A stretch of 63,780 nucleotides of DNA, the filler included, from Basidioascus undulatus (taxonomy: Eukaryota), in the NCBI GenBank assembly GCA_000826855.1. It is 12 parts of 12 records of this genome, joined end to end, with 100 filler letters (N's around TTAATTAATTAA, not from the genome) between each part and the next. Parts side by side here need not be neighbours in the genome. Positions count along the whole stretch, not along the records: positions 1 to 24,415 come from JTLS01000240.1; positions 24,516 to 28,009 come from JTLS01002400.1; 10 more parts are not named here. The stretch is one strand, 5' to 3'. The notes under the pieces are model-generated. The model made no database searches. It was not told where the DNA came from and was given only the letters and a program-made list of their open reading frames with translations. Position 1 is the stretch's first letter; every line of letters starts with the position of its first letter. Both the position numbers and the translations under genes were made by a program. This document shows positions 13,285-26,747 of this stretch, piece by piece.

Positions 13285-15292
13285 CCAGACCCAGTTAGTA
13301 GCAGTTCGCAGCTCGGCGGTCGCTGTTCGGGTCTGACGTACCTCCTCCAGGGGATATAAGCAGCGAGATGAGGGTAAAGTGGACCTGGCCGAGTAAACAG
13401 CAGCATTAGAAAAGCGGCGTGGGAGGAAAGAGAAGAAAATGGAGACGGACTTGTGTGTCGAGCAGGCGAAGCGAGAGCTGGAGAGCTGGGCAGGGGCAGG
13501 GAGGGCGAAGGCAAGAAGCCAGCTTGGGACTTATGAGCGGAGAGCGCCTCGAATCCCCGCGAATCCTCACCTTTAGTTTAGAGCCTACAGAGCGTCTCAG
13601 CAAGACGAAGTGAGCGTCGAGGCACAAGTGCGAGGCTGGGCTGTCCAATAAGGCGGTTGCCAGCAATGGCAGTCGCATGGCCAGGCTGCAGCGAGTGAAC
13701 AAATGCCGAGCGGCGCTGCGTTCCAGTCGCCTGGCGGCCTAGCAACGCTGCGCAAATCAACCGCTGCCGATCAGTGGTCGTGGAGGCAAACGTTAAGCTG
13801 CGAGGGGAGTATCCGATGGACGGAGGAGGGGGCAAGGGAGTCCGAGACACTGACCCCTGCCGTGTGCGAAGGCCACGACTTAAGCAGAACGACGAGTACC
13901 GCCCGCTGCCGCCGCGTGAGTGTGCGTGTGCATGAAACGGGGCGCCGCTTGAAACGGGGAACAATCTCGAAACGTTAGTTTTGGATGCGGAATCGATCCG
14001 AGTTATTACGCGGGGTGTGGGTGTGGGCTGAAAGCGAGGGACCGAGCGAAGTCGTGTATTATGGCGGAGGGCGGAGGGCGAGACGGGTAGACACGACGGA
14101 GTCCGGAGCGGAGTGCGCGGATGGGGACGAGATGCTGGTGCGACGCCGGAGAACACGGTAGAGTGCAATTGAATCAATTAAATGAGCGGAATTGTGTGCC
14201 GTAGGAAGGGAGGGAAGGAAGCGGGTGATAGTTTGAGGAGAGCAGAAGGGCGTTCGGGGAATGCGCGTCGATATCACGGGGGCGGGCGGGAAGTAGGTGT
14301 CGAGAACTGAGAAGGGGTTTTCAGAAGACAGCATTGATTTCACAATATACAATTACCGTGTTTTATCATTTTGCAAAAGGTATGACAGGACAACTGTCCG
14401 CACTGTCCGACGCGATCTGGCGTCGCAGAAATCGCCCGGCCCAACGCGCATCACCGCCGTTCGAGCTCGGCCATTCGATAGAGCAGGCCATGAATCTCGG
14501 TAGGTAGCGGCTGTAAAACTGATACAATCTTTAGCGACAAGACGTCTTGCCCACCTCGTCCTAGTCCCCCGCCCGCCGACCTGTACGGCTCGTACGCCGT
14601 CCAGCACTCCAGCACCATGCAGGACGTATCGCCCTGCATGTCCCCCCGGGTCTTCTCACTCACCCTCACGACTCAAGCCTCCTCCCTATCCCTTCCCTCC
14701 GCGCTTCCTCCTTTCTTATATTCCCACCATCCCACCTTCACGTCACATTAGAAGCGTCCCTGTGATTCTCCCTTCGCAGCTTCCCGCAGCCCTAGTCTCC
14801 TTTACTCGCGAGCAGCGGCGTGGACGAGAAGCGATACGGGCGAAAAGAAAGAAGAGGATTTCGCAACCTCCCGCGTTGAAAGAATGGACTGATGAGGAAG
14901 TGAGCTAAAGCCAGAGTCTAGCCTGAACAAGGGGGACACCGACGTGAAGAGGGTGAAATCAGAATGAGCCTCAGCGAGTGCTCCGTCCGCGGCTGCGAGC
15001 GATCGAGATGCGAGACCAAGTCGACACCAAGAACATGAGCGAGAGAATGTTCTAAACGTGAGCGTGATCGAATGTGGTGACCATGAACAATGCGTGTTGA
15101 ATGATCCTTAAGCGAGCGAAGTGCGAGAGCTGGAACATGATGTGAGCTGTTCGGGACTGTGCCCCGCCGGTACCGCCCACAGTGATACGAGCGGCCGTAT
15201 GGTCAAGTTCAAGTCAGTCGTGGCCAGGCGTCTCATCGCCCCGCTCTTCCCCACTCCCACCTCGTCCTCCCCGGCCCACCCATCCAAGCGTC

Positions 15293-15823
15293 TCATCCTC
15301 CCCTGGCCTGTAGGTCCTGCCATTGTTTAGGCGTGTACGTCTTCTGCTCATCCGCCACCCTCCCTCCGCATCAGCCCCACCCTTCCGACCTCGACCCTTT
15401 CGTCCTCCTCCTTGATCCTCCACCTGGCCTCGAGAAGACGCACCTGCGAGAACGCATGCAGCTCGCCGATTTCCTCCTTCAGAGCATCATTCACTGTCAC
15501 CCACCAACCCCAACCCCAACCCATCCAGCACATCCGTTCAGGAGCGTCTCCAGACGCAGCGAAGAAGACGGCCCAGGACACGCACCCAGCCGATGTCTCC
15601 CGAGCGTCACCTTCCCCTCAAACGCAGAGCTCACAACCACCACCTCGTAGCTCGCCCCGCACCCCGAAGAAACGTCCTTCACTTCCTGATTCCGTTCCGC
15701 CCTACGGAGTCAGCTCGTGTATCCTTGATCGCCAGCAGAGAACAGAGCAGGACGGACAGCGTGCAGGACGGAGGGGATCTTGGTTTTGAGCGCGTAGACG
15801 AGGGCTGTTTCGGACATCGGCAT
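15293..15823 (-). CDS. BolA family protein (Bol2/Fra2-like), multi-exon; missed by the ORF track
   Basis: Spliced: [84 protein letters not shown]; has the SGCG, F-G..L.RHR.V and HA BolA motifs. Confidence 0.9.
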
Positions 15824-16470
15824 GGTGCGGGGGGTGAATTGAATGGTCAGAGGAGGCCGGGATGAGGATCAGGATGAGAACGCTGGCTAGACGCTGACGC
15901 GATGGAACTTCGAGGACGTCAAGATGGGGAGATAGTCAGGCACCGCGGACTGGCCGCGGTCACGGTGTCAATGCCAACCGCAATCATTTTTGGCCATTCT
16001 TCACAGAGGTCTCCTACTGTCCATTGCGTGCAGTTTCGGTAGGAACCCATCTAGGTCGCTGTGTCGAGCGGTCAGTCAATGAAGCAGGGCGTCGTCGAGA
16101 CGGAGATTGCAGCACTCTCTTCCCGGCGTCCGCGCGCGCCGCAACTCGGCGGTCTGATGCGCTCGCAACGCCTCATTACGCCTCATGCAGCTCCCACATG
16201 CCACTCACTAATATCACCCCAATTCGCGCATGCGCGAGCGCTTGGCTTCTAAATCAGGACATCACTAATCGGACACTGCTCACACGACCAGTGGACCACT
16301 TGATATGGACCACTTGATATGGCGCCTTGAGCGTTTGGGCCTCGAGTGCTTATCGCTCCTTGGTTCGGGCGCGGCAGGCGAGGGCGCAATAAAGACGTGG
16401 GGTGGAAAAAGGGGAGAGGGAAGAGACGTTGCTTCTCGACTACCTCTCCGTGTTCGGTTGCTCGCTCGCG

Positions 16471-18525
16471 ATGGGCCTCTCGAAGCTCCTCACGCTCACC
16501 CTCCTCTCCATGTCTTCTTCGCTCGCCGTACCGCTCATCGAGCCTCGGCATCAGTCGCACAACCATCATGACCACCAAGAGTCACTTTCGAGCTTCGAGC
16601 TAACCCAGCACCTCGGGAACCTCTCTTCTTCAAGCCCCCCTTGCCGCACGGCATCGAGGACGCTTCGATGCCGGAGAACTGTACGAGAACTGTACGCTCG
16701 AGCAAGTGCAACTTGTGCGTCTCCCCATCATTCCTCTCTTCCCGCTTCTGCCATGAGGCTAAACGCCCCCGCCTTCTCAGCTACACCGCCACGGTTCCCG
16801 CTTCCCTCTCTCCTCCGAGCTCCTGTATATCGCGGACCTCTCCGGCAAGCTCGTCTCCTCGCGCGAAACGCTGCAGAGCGCGTCAGACTCGCCGGATGAG
16901 TGGGCCTTCGCGACGCGCCGGGAAAACAAGCTGGGGACCAATGACGTCACTGCTCCGGGATGGAGGGAGTTGTTCGACCATGGCGTGCAGTGCGTGGCTC
17001 ACCTTCCGTGCATGCGGAGTGCACCAAAGTGCACCATGCTGACATTAGCGGTGCGACGTGGAATGCGGTCCAGGATGACTTACCCAAACATGCCATTCGA
17101 GCATATCCTCGCTGGTGACCAGGACGGGTGCGCAAGTGTCTTTTCTACTCAGCAATGACTTCGCTGCTGATTCACCTCGCAACTGCAGGTCATCGAGTCC
17201 GCGACGGGTACGCCTCGGCCTCTTCGGGCGCGACTTCAATGGACACCTCCTCCTTCTCGCTCATCGTGGAGTACAACGTGACGATCTCGGGCAGTGCGTC
17301 CCTCTCCTCCTCCCCCAACTGTCCTCGCCTCCCCACACACTCCATGACTGAAAAATCTGCCTCGCATTGGGCAGTCACCCCCATGGACACCTGCCCCAAG
17401 TGAAAGTACTCGTACGGCCAGTCTGCGGTGGACGCGTGGTGCGCAGTCTACCTCCCACGCATCCAGAAGCGGCTCAACAAGATCTTGCCTATCGAGCTCA
17501 CCACGGGCGACGTGCGTGTGTACCTCCTGAATTTCCCTTTATTTTTTTTCATACAGTATCCTTGAAGAGTCAACTCAGCTGAAAACTTGAGTGGCGCGAA
17601 AGGTCCACGGTGCCTTCTACGCGTGCGCGTACGAGCTCGCGGCGTTTGGGAACACGACTTGGTGCGGTATGTTTGAGAACAAGGAGATTTTGGATTTCGA
17701 GTATGAGTGCGTCGTCTTCCTTTTCCTATGCCGCTCCGACTCCGCCTGCGCTTTCAACTTCCGTAGGCCTGACATGCACGGCCTGGGGCTGCGAAACAGA
17801 CTCGACCTCCTTATGCGCTCCGCTTTTGGATACGGGCTGCCGGGTGGCATGGGCGCCGTGCTCGGCTCGGTCTATGTTAACCAGGTTATCGACCGGTATG
17901 TCCCTGATCCTAGCAATGGCCGTTCGATTGGCCCTATATTTCTCTGCTTAACGAACATGCATGTGGATGCAACAGCCTTACCGACCAGAACGCCAACAAG
18001 ACATACCTTGAGTTCGGGCAGGACACGTCGATCGGCATGGCGCTGACTGCGCTGGGGCTGGCATCGTACGTTCTTTTCCCTCTCCCCTGTTCATCCTGCT
18101 GCTTTTTCTTCACTCCGCGCCCAGCTGACCGTCGCGGCCGCAATGGCGTTGTGACTTGGCGCAGCTATGGCTCTTACTCTCTCACAGGTCCGCCGTCGCC
18201 CACGCGCGGTTTCTGGACGTCCCTGCAGGTGCCCTTCGGGGCGATGATGACGTTCGAGAAGTATTCGTGCTCATCTTGGAAGTGCGTCTGGCTTTCTTGT
18301 TCTCTTTTAACTTTCAGCTTTTAGCTGACTCTCCTTCCGCATAGCTCCTCGGACGTCCGCCTCCTCCTGGGCGGGACGCTCTACCCGCTCTCGCTATGCG
18401 GAAAGGCGATGGACTCTCGCACGGGCGCCTGCCCACTCGACGCGCTGGTTGACGCTACGGCAGAGGCGAGGAGCGTCAAGTGGGACTCGACTAGGAATGC
18501 GACGTGCGGGGACCCGGGTTCCTAG
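16471..18525 (+). pseudogene. Histidine acid phosphatase/phytase, disrupted
   Basis: Signal peptide, HLGNLS, RHGSRFP catalytic motif, CAYE, QVPFGA.MTFEKYSC. Lesions: frameshift near 16625, 11-bp tandem duplication 16674-16695, frameshifts near 17205-17245, in-frame TGA at 17401-17403 (TCPK*KYSYG). Confidence 0.85.
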
Positions 18526-18837
18526 GCATGGGTTATTGTGAAATACGAAACCGGACGAGTGTTAGGTGTTTCAGATATTGCAGGGTAGAGACGATGTGAG
18601 AGCGACGGAGGTTTCTGTTCCGGGTCTCAGAGCTAGAAACGTTGGATGGCGAGCTTTATGCGATGCAACGCGCGCAGACTGACTCTGGCAAGGCGAAATC
18701 TGCTAAACGATGATGTGTAATGAAAGAGTTTGTGCGGCAAGACTCTGCGTTATAAAGCAAAAGAATATTGGAAGAAAAGAGTGAATGGGAGAACGCCAGA
18801 AAATGGCGGCTGGAAAACAAAAGACGCGGGTTTCTTC

Positions 18838-21142
18838 TTAACCCTCCACGGTCCGCTCGGTCGTGACCTGGATTCGGACACGCTGGCCCGTCGGCGCTTG
18901 ATTCCCGTACCCGCCAATGCTGCTCTCGTCGTCCTCGAGCACGGCGGACGAGGACGCCGAGACCAGGCTGTCACCGCCGCCAGCGGGCACGGCGGAGAGG
19001 CGCGCGCGGGCAGCATACTCGTCTTCAAAGACTGTCCCCCCGAAGTCGGACATCTTGAACCTGTGTAAGGGATGTCAGTGGGAGCCATTCGAGGAAAACA
19101 CCCGGCCTGGGTGCCCGCTGGGCGTGAAATACGAACGTCGAGTTTCCGTGCTGCGTTCCGCCGATCGTAGTGTTGGGACCTGAGGATGACAGTTAATCTA
19201 AAAAGTCGTATCTTGGAGCATTTCAGTAGCTTTACCTGGAGAGCGATGCGAGTGTGATCTGTCACGCGACGTGCTAGATCCACCGCCAGCGATACCGTCG
19301 CCCGTGCGCAAGGAGAGAACGATGCGAGCCTAAAGTGTGCAGCCCTAAGTTTCCATATGTAGGTTTTACAAGTTGGTCCTTACTCACTCCCATCACCCCA
19401 CTGTGCACACGACGAAGGGATGCTGTCAGTAGCTGCAGAGTGAAAGGAAGCAGGACCGCAGCGCAGAAATGCTAGGGAATGCGTACGTGAGGCCAACGGC
19501 AAGCCTAACAGCCGGAATAACTATGAGCCAGAATATCTGGGTACAGTTGAGACTGAAGAAACATACGATGAGTTTATGGCTTGTATGTCTTGAGAGGTAG
19601 CGAGATAGCTGAAGAGAAGGCGTCAGCCCAGTACCGCAAGAGTTTATAGACACCACGATATACAAGACTGTGTTCAGGCTGGAAGGAAGTATACCGTCGG
19701 TTCAGTCAGAGATTCTGTCAAGAGCTTGAACCAGACTGTACAGATTGACCGCAAAGATGACCAGGAAATAGAGAATGCCGTCTCTGGAGGAACGACCATC
19801 ATCAGCACAACGACCAGCGGAAGGCTGCTGCACCTTCCCAGAGCCTTTTTACCTAAAGAACAGCTGCGTGAGATGAGAGCGGGCGCGGGTTTTGGTTTCT
19901 GCCATTTTCCACCTTGTTCGCACGAGCGTGTCAGTGTCTGCCAGCATGTGACATTCACGGAATACGTACAGAGTGAGAGCCATGATGATGCTCTACAAGG
20001 AACATTTCAGTACAAAGATGTGAAGGCTGAAGGGATCGAGATGCGTACATCATAGACCTGCGCTTCTTGTCTTCAGTGATCATGGGAGGGACGAGTTCAA
20101 AGAGCGCAGAGATTCACCAGTGGTGCGATCCAGAAGCCTGTGCTTGGCGCCTCGTTAGCATGGCAAGGAGGGTAACTTAACGTATGTGTAGCAGCAAGAC
20201 GCTCACCTGCGGAAATGGCGCCGTTGCCGGTCGCGATGCACCCGTACTCTTGCATTTCGGGTGGAAACTCGACGGCTGTCATGGAGTCCAGTCTGAATTG
20301 ACAATGCCTGCCCGTTTCTAAGAAAACTGCACATACGGACGTAGAAAGCAGACGAGGCAGCCATGACTGCAACTCGCTCCGGTAAGCGTGGGGCGTCGAT
20401 GACGCTTCACAAAAAGGATCTCACCGGCAAGTTCTATGATGAGAAGGGCCACCAGCGGCCAAATGATCCATTTGCTTTTGCCATAGAGTGCCCACACTCG
20501 AATCGCCAGGATTGCTGCAAATCTTTCAATGAAAGTCTCCCAAGCACTGAGTCTGAAGGAAGACGGAACTACCTTCTGCTGCACCTATCGGTATGATCGC
20601 AGATGCAGGCTCGAACGGGGCGTATATCCGGCATGTCTCACTGGACATGCCAGTACTGCGACGCTACGCTGGTAAGAAAAGTCATCGCACAGCCACAAGA
20701 CAAACACTTACCTCCAGAAGCCAGCTGTAATCAGGCTGATGGAGAGTATATTGCCGTATCTGACCTGCAATCGACATCAGTACTCAAGAGTAGATCTAAT
20801 TAGCGCATAAATTGCTCCGATGGATTGTTCGTCTTCCCATCTTGGCAGCATGGCTTGGGCGGGCTAGGAGTACTCACGAGAAAAAACAAGCCCTTGACCC
20901 AACTCCAGTCGGCCCTCCAGATCCGGCGATACTGCAAAACATCCGTCGATTGGGTCAATCGAAACTTGCCAGAAAATCTATGGCAGTGGCCGTCCGTCCC
21001 TCTTCGACACCCCATCGTTACCGCTTACCTCTTGTCGCCACAGCACCAGCATCTCCCAAAGCACTATGGCGCAAGTTGATGCATTGTAGGCCTTGATGCC
21101 TTGGATCTGTGACTTTCGTTTCAAGAGGTCTGCTGGGTCCAT
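18838..21142 (-). CDS. DUF6533-type multi-pass membrane protein, many short exons
   Basis: AIVLWEMLVLWRQE/YRRIWRADWSWVKGLFFL/VRYG, AILAIRVWALYG, GFWIAPL/VYD, DGILYFLVIFAVNL, then a hydrophilic tail ending RIQVTTERTVEG*. Confidence 0.75.
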
Positions 21143-22577
21143 TGTAGAGAGTATTCCGCCTGGGGTCGGTACCAATTGTTTCGGATGCGAAGTGGCGAGA
21201 GCGATGAAGGAATAACTGCGGCAAATGGGGAGAGACGGAGTGGGACGAAGAACTCGCTGAAGGTGAGAGGTTCGAATGCTGGACTATAACGAGAATCAAG
21301 TTTACAGGGCGAAGTCTCGAAGAGGTAAAATATTGAGATGAAACTCTCGTGAATGGGCACTTGCTCAAGATGCCGGCTCGGCAGGGCAGCAATGCTTGGA
21401 TCTCGTGATCGCGAGCCTCCGGGAGGGGAGGCGTCTTGGCTTCGCCTAATGATGCACCCCGCACAGCCGTCGCTTACAGTAAGTCTCCGTTCATCGACTG
21501 TTGTCGGTTCCATTCAATCGTGCAAGTGCCTGCAAGTGCGACTGGAGGTGGGGGAGCATCCTCACATGACATCCTTCGAACCATCATTGGCTCAATTTCA
21601 GGTATGAGGGACAGACACCGAAAGGTGCACCAACGTTAAAGAATCTGGCCCAGAGCAAAGCAGAAGCGTTCAAGTGGTCGGTGCATTCGACACAGCCAGT
21701 CCCGTCATCCTGGGTGCCTCCAAACTGCGCTGAAGCCGTTTGGCACGAACACATTCCCACTCAATTCCCAACCGCTTCCGTTATAGCAATCCGAAGTCGC
21801 TCAGAAGCTCCAGAACCTGTTCTCGCAAGCGCGAATGCCTGAACGACTGGGTGTAGCTCGCTGTGACCTGGATACGCAGCACTGGTGCACTACGCTTGGC
21901 AGGGGTAGAGCACGCACGGATTGTTGGCCATGCACTGCCTATTTGTTCAGCCTACACCGCTGTTCATTATCCTAAAGACTTCCTACTGTCAACAGTTTTT
22001 GTTAGCCTTGCGATCCGTCGAGTTGTCAAGCATGTGTTACTTTCGGTTGACAAATGCTCTCCCTCCTGGGAAGAACCACCTTGAGGATTGACAGGTAATA
22101 ATATTGCTGGGGTTATCGATTCAAGGCAACGGTGGCCGGTGAGGCCGACCAAGCAGTCTGTGCGCAACCAAGCACGCCGGGAGCATCCTACGAACTTTCA
22201 ATAATTCGCAACGTTGTAGCCGGTACAATTATATATCAGCTAACATTTCAAGGTTGTAGGCCGTGCTCGTATCAAACTATTCCTTCCAGTCGGAAGCAAC
22301 TGCAGCCGCGAAAAGGTCCAAGTCCGTGCAAGTCTTCGACGCTCAACTTTAGCGGGCCCAGCGGGGAGTTCGCGCCCCACAAAGAAGAGAAAAGCTAAGT
22401 CCAACGTAATATTCTAGCTCTGATAGTAAAACTCTGGGCGATCATATCCCTCGGTGGACGAAATGACGGGTTCCTAATGACCAGCAACTTGTGTGACCCT
22501 CCGTATGCACGCAGACCGTGCAAGCCGTCCCACGCAACAGCATGCGTAAACGTATTTCTATCCCAAGCACTACATTT

Positions 22578-23764
22578 TCACCGACCATCATACACTGCGC
22601 GTCGCACATCGATCCAGCACCCCCTCCCGTCAACCCATCCCAGCGGGCCGAGCTCGCATTCCCCGCAGCCGAGGAACTTCGACACGCCCTCAGGCGCGCC
22701 GGGGGCGACTTTCGAGAACGTGATGTTCTCGAATGACATCGGCCCCGGCAGACGCCATGCGTAATCGGGTTGCGGGGCAGGGAGCAGCGGGTCGGACGGC
22801 GTGTTCGCGAGCTGTGGAGAGACGAGCGAATCGTGAATAATGGGCCGAGAAGATTTGAGGTTAAGGAAGGGCGTACAGGGTGAGACGTCGAGAGCGCGAG
22901 GAGCTCGGCAGCATTGCGAAGGAAAAGAAGCGAGTTACAGCCGGGACGCGGGCAGCGCGCTTTGCTCTTGTTGAGCTTCTTTACACCCGGACCTTCGGCA
23001 GCGGGTGGCCCTCCCAGCTCGTCCACCGTCTTGACGTCCGCAGGAGCATTCTTGGATGCCAACTGCTGCTGCAAGGCAGTGAGCAACGCCGATTGATCGA
23101 AAGTCTGGGCGGCGGCTGCCTGATCCGGCGGCTGCTCGATCGCATGCCTCAGCTCCCACCAGGGCCGCTCTCCGTGCTGGATGTCGCTGCGTCCGACGTT
23201 CTCGAATCCGATGCGCTCGTAAAGCTTCACGAGCTCCTCGTGAGCCAGCAAGCGTACCTCCGCGTAGCGCCCGGGCGACGCGTGCGTCAAGCGCTCGATA
23301 TACGCGCGTAGCAGGGCGGATGCGACGCCGTGCCGCCTGTAGACGGGTGATACGACGACGGAGTGAAGACAGACGGTACGCCCGCCGGGTTCGTGTGTCG
23401 ACATCGAGTCGTGCGTGAGAGTGGGAGAGGAGGAGGCAGTCGATGTGCAGGATGCGATGAGTTCGCGGGAGGGAAGGTAGGCGCCTAGGAAGAGGTTGGA
23501 AGCGTGTTGCTGGCGGTATCTGGCATGCACCATCCCAAATGACCATAAAAATTACAAGGTGGAACACTCGTAGACAACGCACTGCAATTTCTCAAGTGTA
23601 GCCGCCTCATCGGGAGGGAAGCCTAGAAAGATCGAGGCGTACAGGTGAGCTCCAGCTCGGCGACCGATCAAGTCTCCTCACGCACCCTCGACCTCCAGAT
23701 TGTATGCTGCAGGTACTTCATCCGCGCGTACCAAATCGAAATACAGGCCCTCGGGCAGCGACAT
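22578..23764 (-). CDS. GNAT acetyltransferase (Paa1/AANAT-like) fused to a C-terminal Mss4/Dss4 domain
   Basis: N-half: LEVEG/FPPDEAATLEKLQ/YRQ..., VCLHSVVVSPVYRRHGVASALL, LLAHEELVKLYERIGF. C-half: CPRPGCNSLL, PMSFENITFSK, FLGCGECELGPLGW. The GNAT-to-Mss4 linker is within one exon. Confidence 0.9.
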
Positions 23765-24415
23765 TTTGGAAGAATGGGTGTGGTGGTAGGTCGCATCCGG
23801 GATGCGGGGGCATCCCCATCCCGAAGTCGTCGTCACCGCAGGGCTGAGTGCCGTAGCGAGTTGTGACTGCACCTTCGCATCGCCAAAATGCTGATCCAGG
23901 TTCGAGGATCAGAAGACGGTGATTTTGAATTCTGTTGGGCCATAAACTTAACTGGAGTATCATCCCTTGGCTGCCTCACATGTGCGCATGCACATCCGTT
24001 GCCCAATGATGCGAGATATGTGCCAGTGCCGATACTGGGAAAAAGGCGTCTGCCATTTCGCTTTCTCGCGCGTCCGCCTCTATGCGCACTGCGGCGTCTG
24101 CGCTTTCTTCATTTTGAGCTTCCGGCGCTGGCTCACCTTGTGTAGGCTCGAGCGCCAAATACTTTTGGCAAGGCGGTGGATGCAAGAGTGCATGCTGTGA
24201 TCTGATAACTGCTAACAGTCGGATAAGAAAGAAACCTGAATATTGGAAGAAACATCTTGCGTACATCAAGGAAGCGTTGTTTGACGCAAAGCCGAGCTGC
24301 GACAGCTGATCCCGCCGCCGAAGCAGGGACGCCCCAGATGCGTCCGCGTTCATGCCCTTCCTTACGCTGCTCCCCAGTCGCATGCATATTCTACCTGCAT
24401 GCCCCACATTTGCAT

Positions 24416-24515
24416 NNNNNNNNNNNNNNNNNNNNNNNNNNNNNNNNNNNNNNNNNNNNTTAATTAATTAANNNNNNNNNNNNNNNNNNNNNNNNNNNNN
24501 NNNNNNNNNNNNNNN
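24416..24515. other. Artificial contig linker N44-TTAATTAATTAA-N44 (six-frame stop spacer). Identical linkers at 28010-28109, 31603-31702, 35195-35294, 38786-38885, 42371-42470, 45952-46051, 49524-49623, 53077-53176, 56649-56748, 60216-60315
   Basis: Eleven identical 100-bp spacers; genes are truncated at them and do not resume on the other side. Confidence 0.99.
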
Positions 24516-24716
24516 CCCCCCCCCCCCTTTTTTTTTCTCTGCCGGCTCCCTTCCTTTTCAGAGCTTTTACAAGATGTGGGCTGTCTGCCAGTGGCTTTGG
24601 GTATTCGCCGACGTGATGGCCTTGGGGGTCAACAGCGGAGGCATGCTGGTGTGTCGTCTGGATTCTTCTTCCCGTTATTTTCTCCACGGCTGACTAAGGC
24701 TCGTCCTTGCCTCCAG

Positions 24717-25204
24717 TCGATGGTCGTAGCGGTCAGACGCGAGACCAACAAAGTCATGACGCTTCGCTCCGACCCCGACAACCTCCGCCTCAAGGCGCTT
24801 CGCACTGTCTACCTCGACATCGCCGCGTACGCGGTCATCATGGTCGGCGTCACGTCAGGGTTCAACGCGGGTGTGATAGTCCTCGCGACCGCTGTCCAGC
24901 GGTATTATGAGTGAGTAGTTCCTGCCCGCTGCTTGACCGTCGGCGATGTCTCGCCGTCTTTCAAGCCTTTCTCCTGATATGTGACTAAAAGCGAACCGCT
25001 TCCTCAGAAATATGAACCCCGGAGACGATGAGCTGTTTGTCGCAGCTCAGTTGCTCTTCCAGTGGCCTTACTGCATGTGAGTCCTCGCTGTCGTTAACTA
25101 CAACATCGAATATTTGCTGAAAACTGCCTCTCAGCCTTGGCAACATCCTCCTCGCGCTCTGTACGCTTATCTTCCGCTTGCCTCATCCAGAGCATCTCTA
25201 TTGA
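24717..25204 (+). CDS. Partial hypothetical membrane protein (internal/3' exons)
   Basis: Exons VYLDIAAYAVIMVGVTSGFNAGVIVLATAVQRYYE / ELFVAAQLLFQWPYC / LGNILLAL with GTGAGT donors; hydrophobic segments; 3' end uncertain. Confidence 0.45.
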
Positions 25205-26747
25205 CTTGATCCCCAATCCCACCAGCCATTCACCGTGCGCTTCGCGACCCAGTTCACGGCGACACCACCGCGCACAGCAGCGGCGACAAGCTGAGCCGTG
25301 ACAAGCTCGGTTGGCGAACGCCCGTCCCGCCGCAACCGGGAGGGATCTCGGTCGAAGTCTCGCACGTCGTCGAGGTCTCCGGCACGGGCTCTGTCAGTGA
25401 GGGCGTTGACCAGCCCGTCCACGCGTCGTACTCGAACTATCCTGGGTCCTGGAAGCCGTTGGAGTGGTGCGTTTTCTAAACTCTACGTGCGGCCGATCTT
25501 CTGACTGTACTTGCCTTTCGGTGTTGTCCAGGAATCGACTACACCCGATCTCTACATCGCAGGACGTATTGTCTGATCGGGCGAGTACCGTGGTGGAGCG
25601 AGATGGGTCTGAGCGCTCGTACAGCGGGGCGTCAGACACGAAGCGCTTGGCGGACCACGTTTGACGAGCCATGCATATCTTTAAATGGTGTCTCGATGGC
25701 ATGCTATTTATTCTTTGTATCGTCGGCGCCGCAACTTTGAGAAGCTTCACCCCCTGGACATGGGAAATACAGATGCTCGTAGGTCGCTTCTCAGTCCTCA
25801 CCCAGGGACCGGCCAAAATGCGAACGACATGAAATCCAGACCGCGAGACTGACACATCCTGCAGTCGAGTATCCCGCTAGAAAAATACTCATGCCAAGTG
25901 CATACAGACACAAAGTTTGTAAGAGGCGATACTGATATCGCAGCGGTACAGAACGATACGCAATTGCAAATCCCTTCACTTTCCGCATCGTCCCAACGGG
26001 GGCCATTTTAGAGAGACCCACCGACACTCTGCCATCCTCCAGAATATCCCTATGATATGAACCCCATCACACCCTCTCGTCCCTCTACTCACATCGCCCA
26101 GCGCACCCGCAGCGCCCGACAACCTCGCCGAAAGCGGTATGATCCATCACATCCTTACTTTGTGGAACTTCCCTCACTGGCCTCCCCTTCCTGGAACTTG
26201 ACCCCATCAGATTATGTCTGTCATCTTCCTTCATTCGTGGCCGTAGTACTGTGTCGATCCAACGCTACGCGAACCTGAGGAAGCAGATGTCTGGGGGTCT
26301 GACAAGACCATAACAGCCCAGCGCTGGCTAAGGGGATCATCGTGTCAGTTTGACCAGAAAAAGCGCAAAATGCTTTAAGTATGTTTGTGGTAATCTAACG
26401 CTGAGCCAGCGATGACAGCAACACAGCCGGGTGTTGCCTGCCCGCAGTACAAACGAGCTCAATCTTGCATTCCCTACCAGCCTGGAAGTGTCCGCTGAAT
26501 CACTAAGCGAAACGTAAGCCAGAACTCATGCATCTTAAAATCTTATCCTAATGGTCCTGAACAACTCTGAAGGGTGCGCATGCGTACATTTACGCCCAGA
26601 GCTTGCACCGGCTCCGTTTCCCAGCCAGACTCCTTTCCTTCAGTCCTAGACATGAACATCCAGCAAAAAAGCACAAACGGTCTATTATTTATGCCTTCCC
26701 CCTTTTCAGACTCTCGCCTTCTTCCCTTATCTCACCCTAACCCAAGT

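Noticed and set aside
21849..21935. tRNA-like start GGGTGTAGCTC...GGTAGAGCA
   Set aside because: No T-loop GTTCRA or closing acceptor stem at the proper spacing
24460..24471. Palindromic TTAATTAATTAA recurring about every 3.6 kb, resembling a periodic repeat or array
   Set aside because: Always centred in N44 runs; a synthetic six-frame-stop linker, not biological
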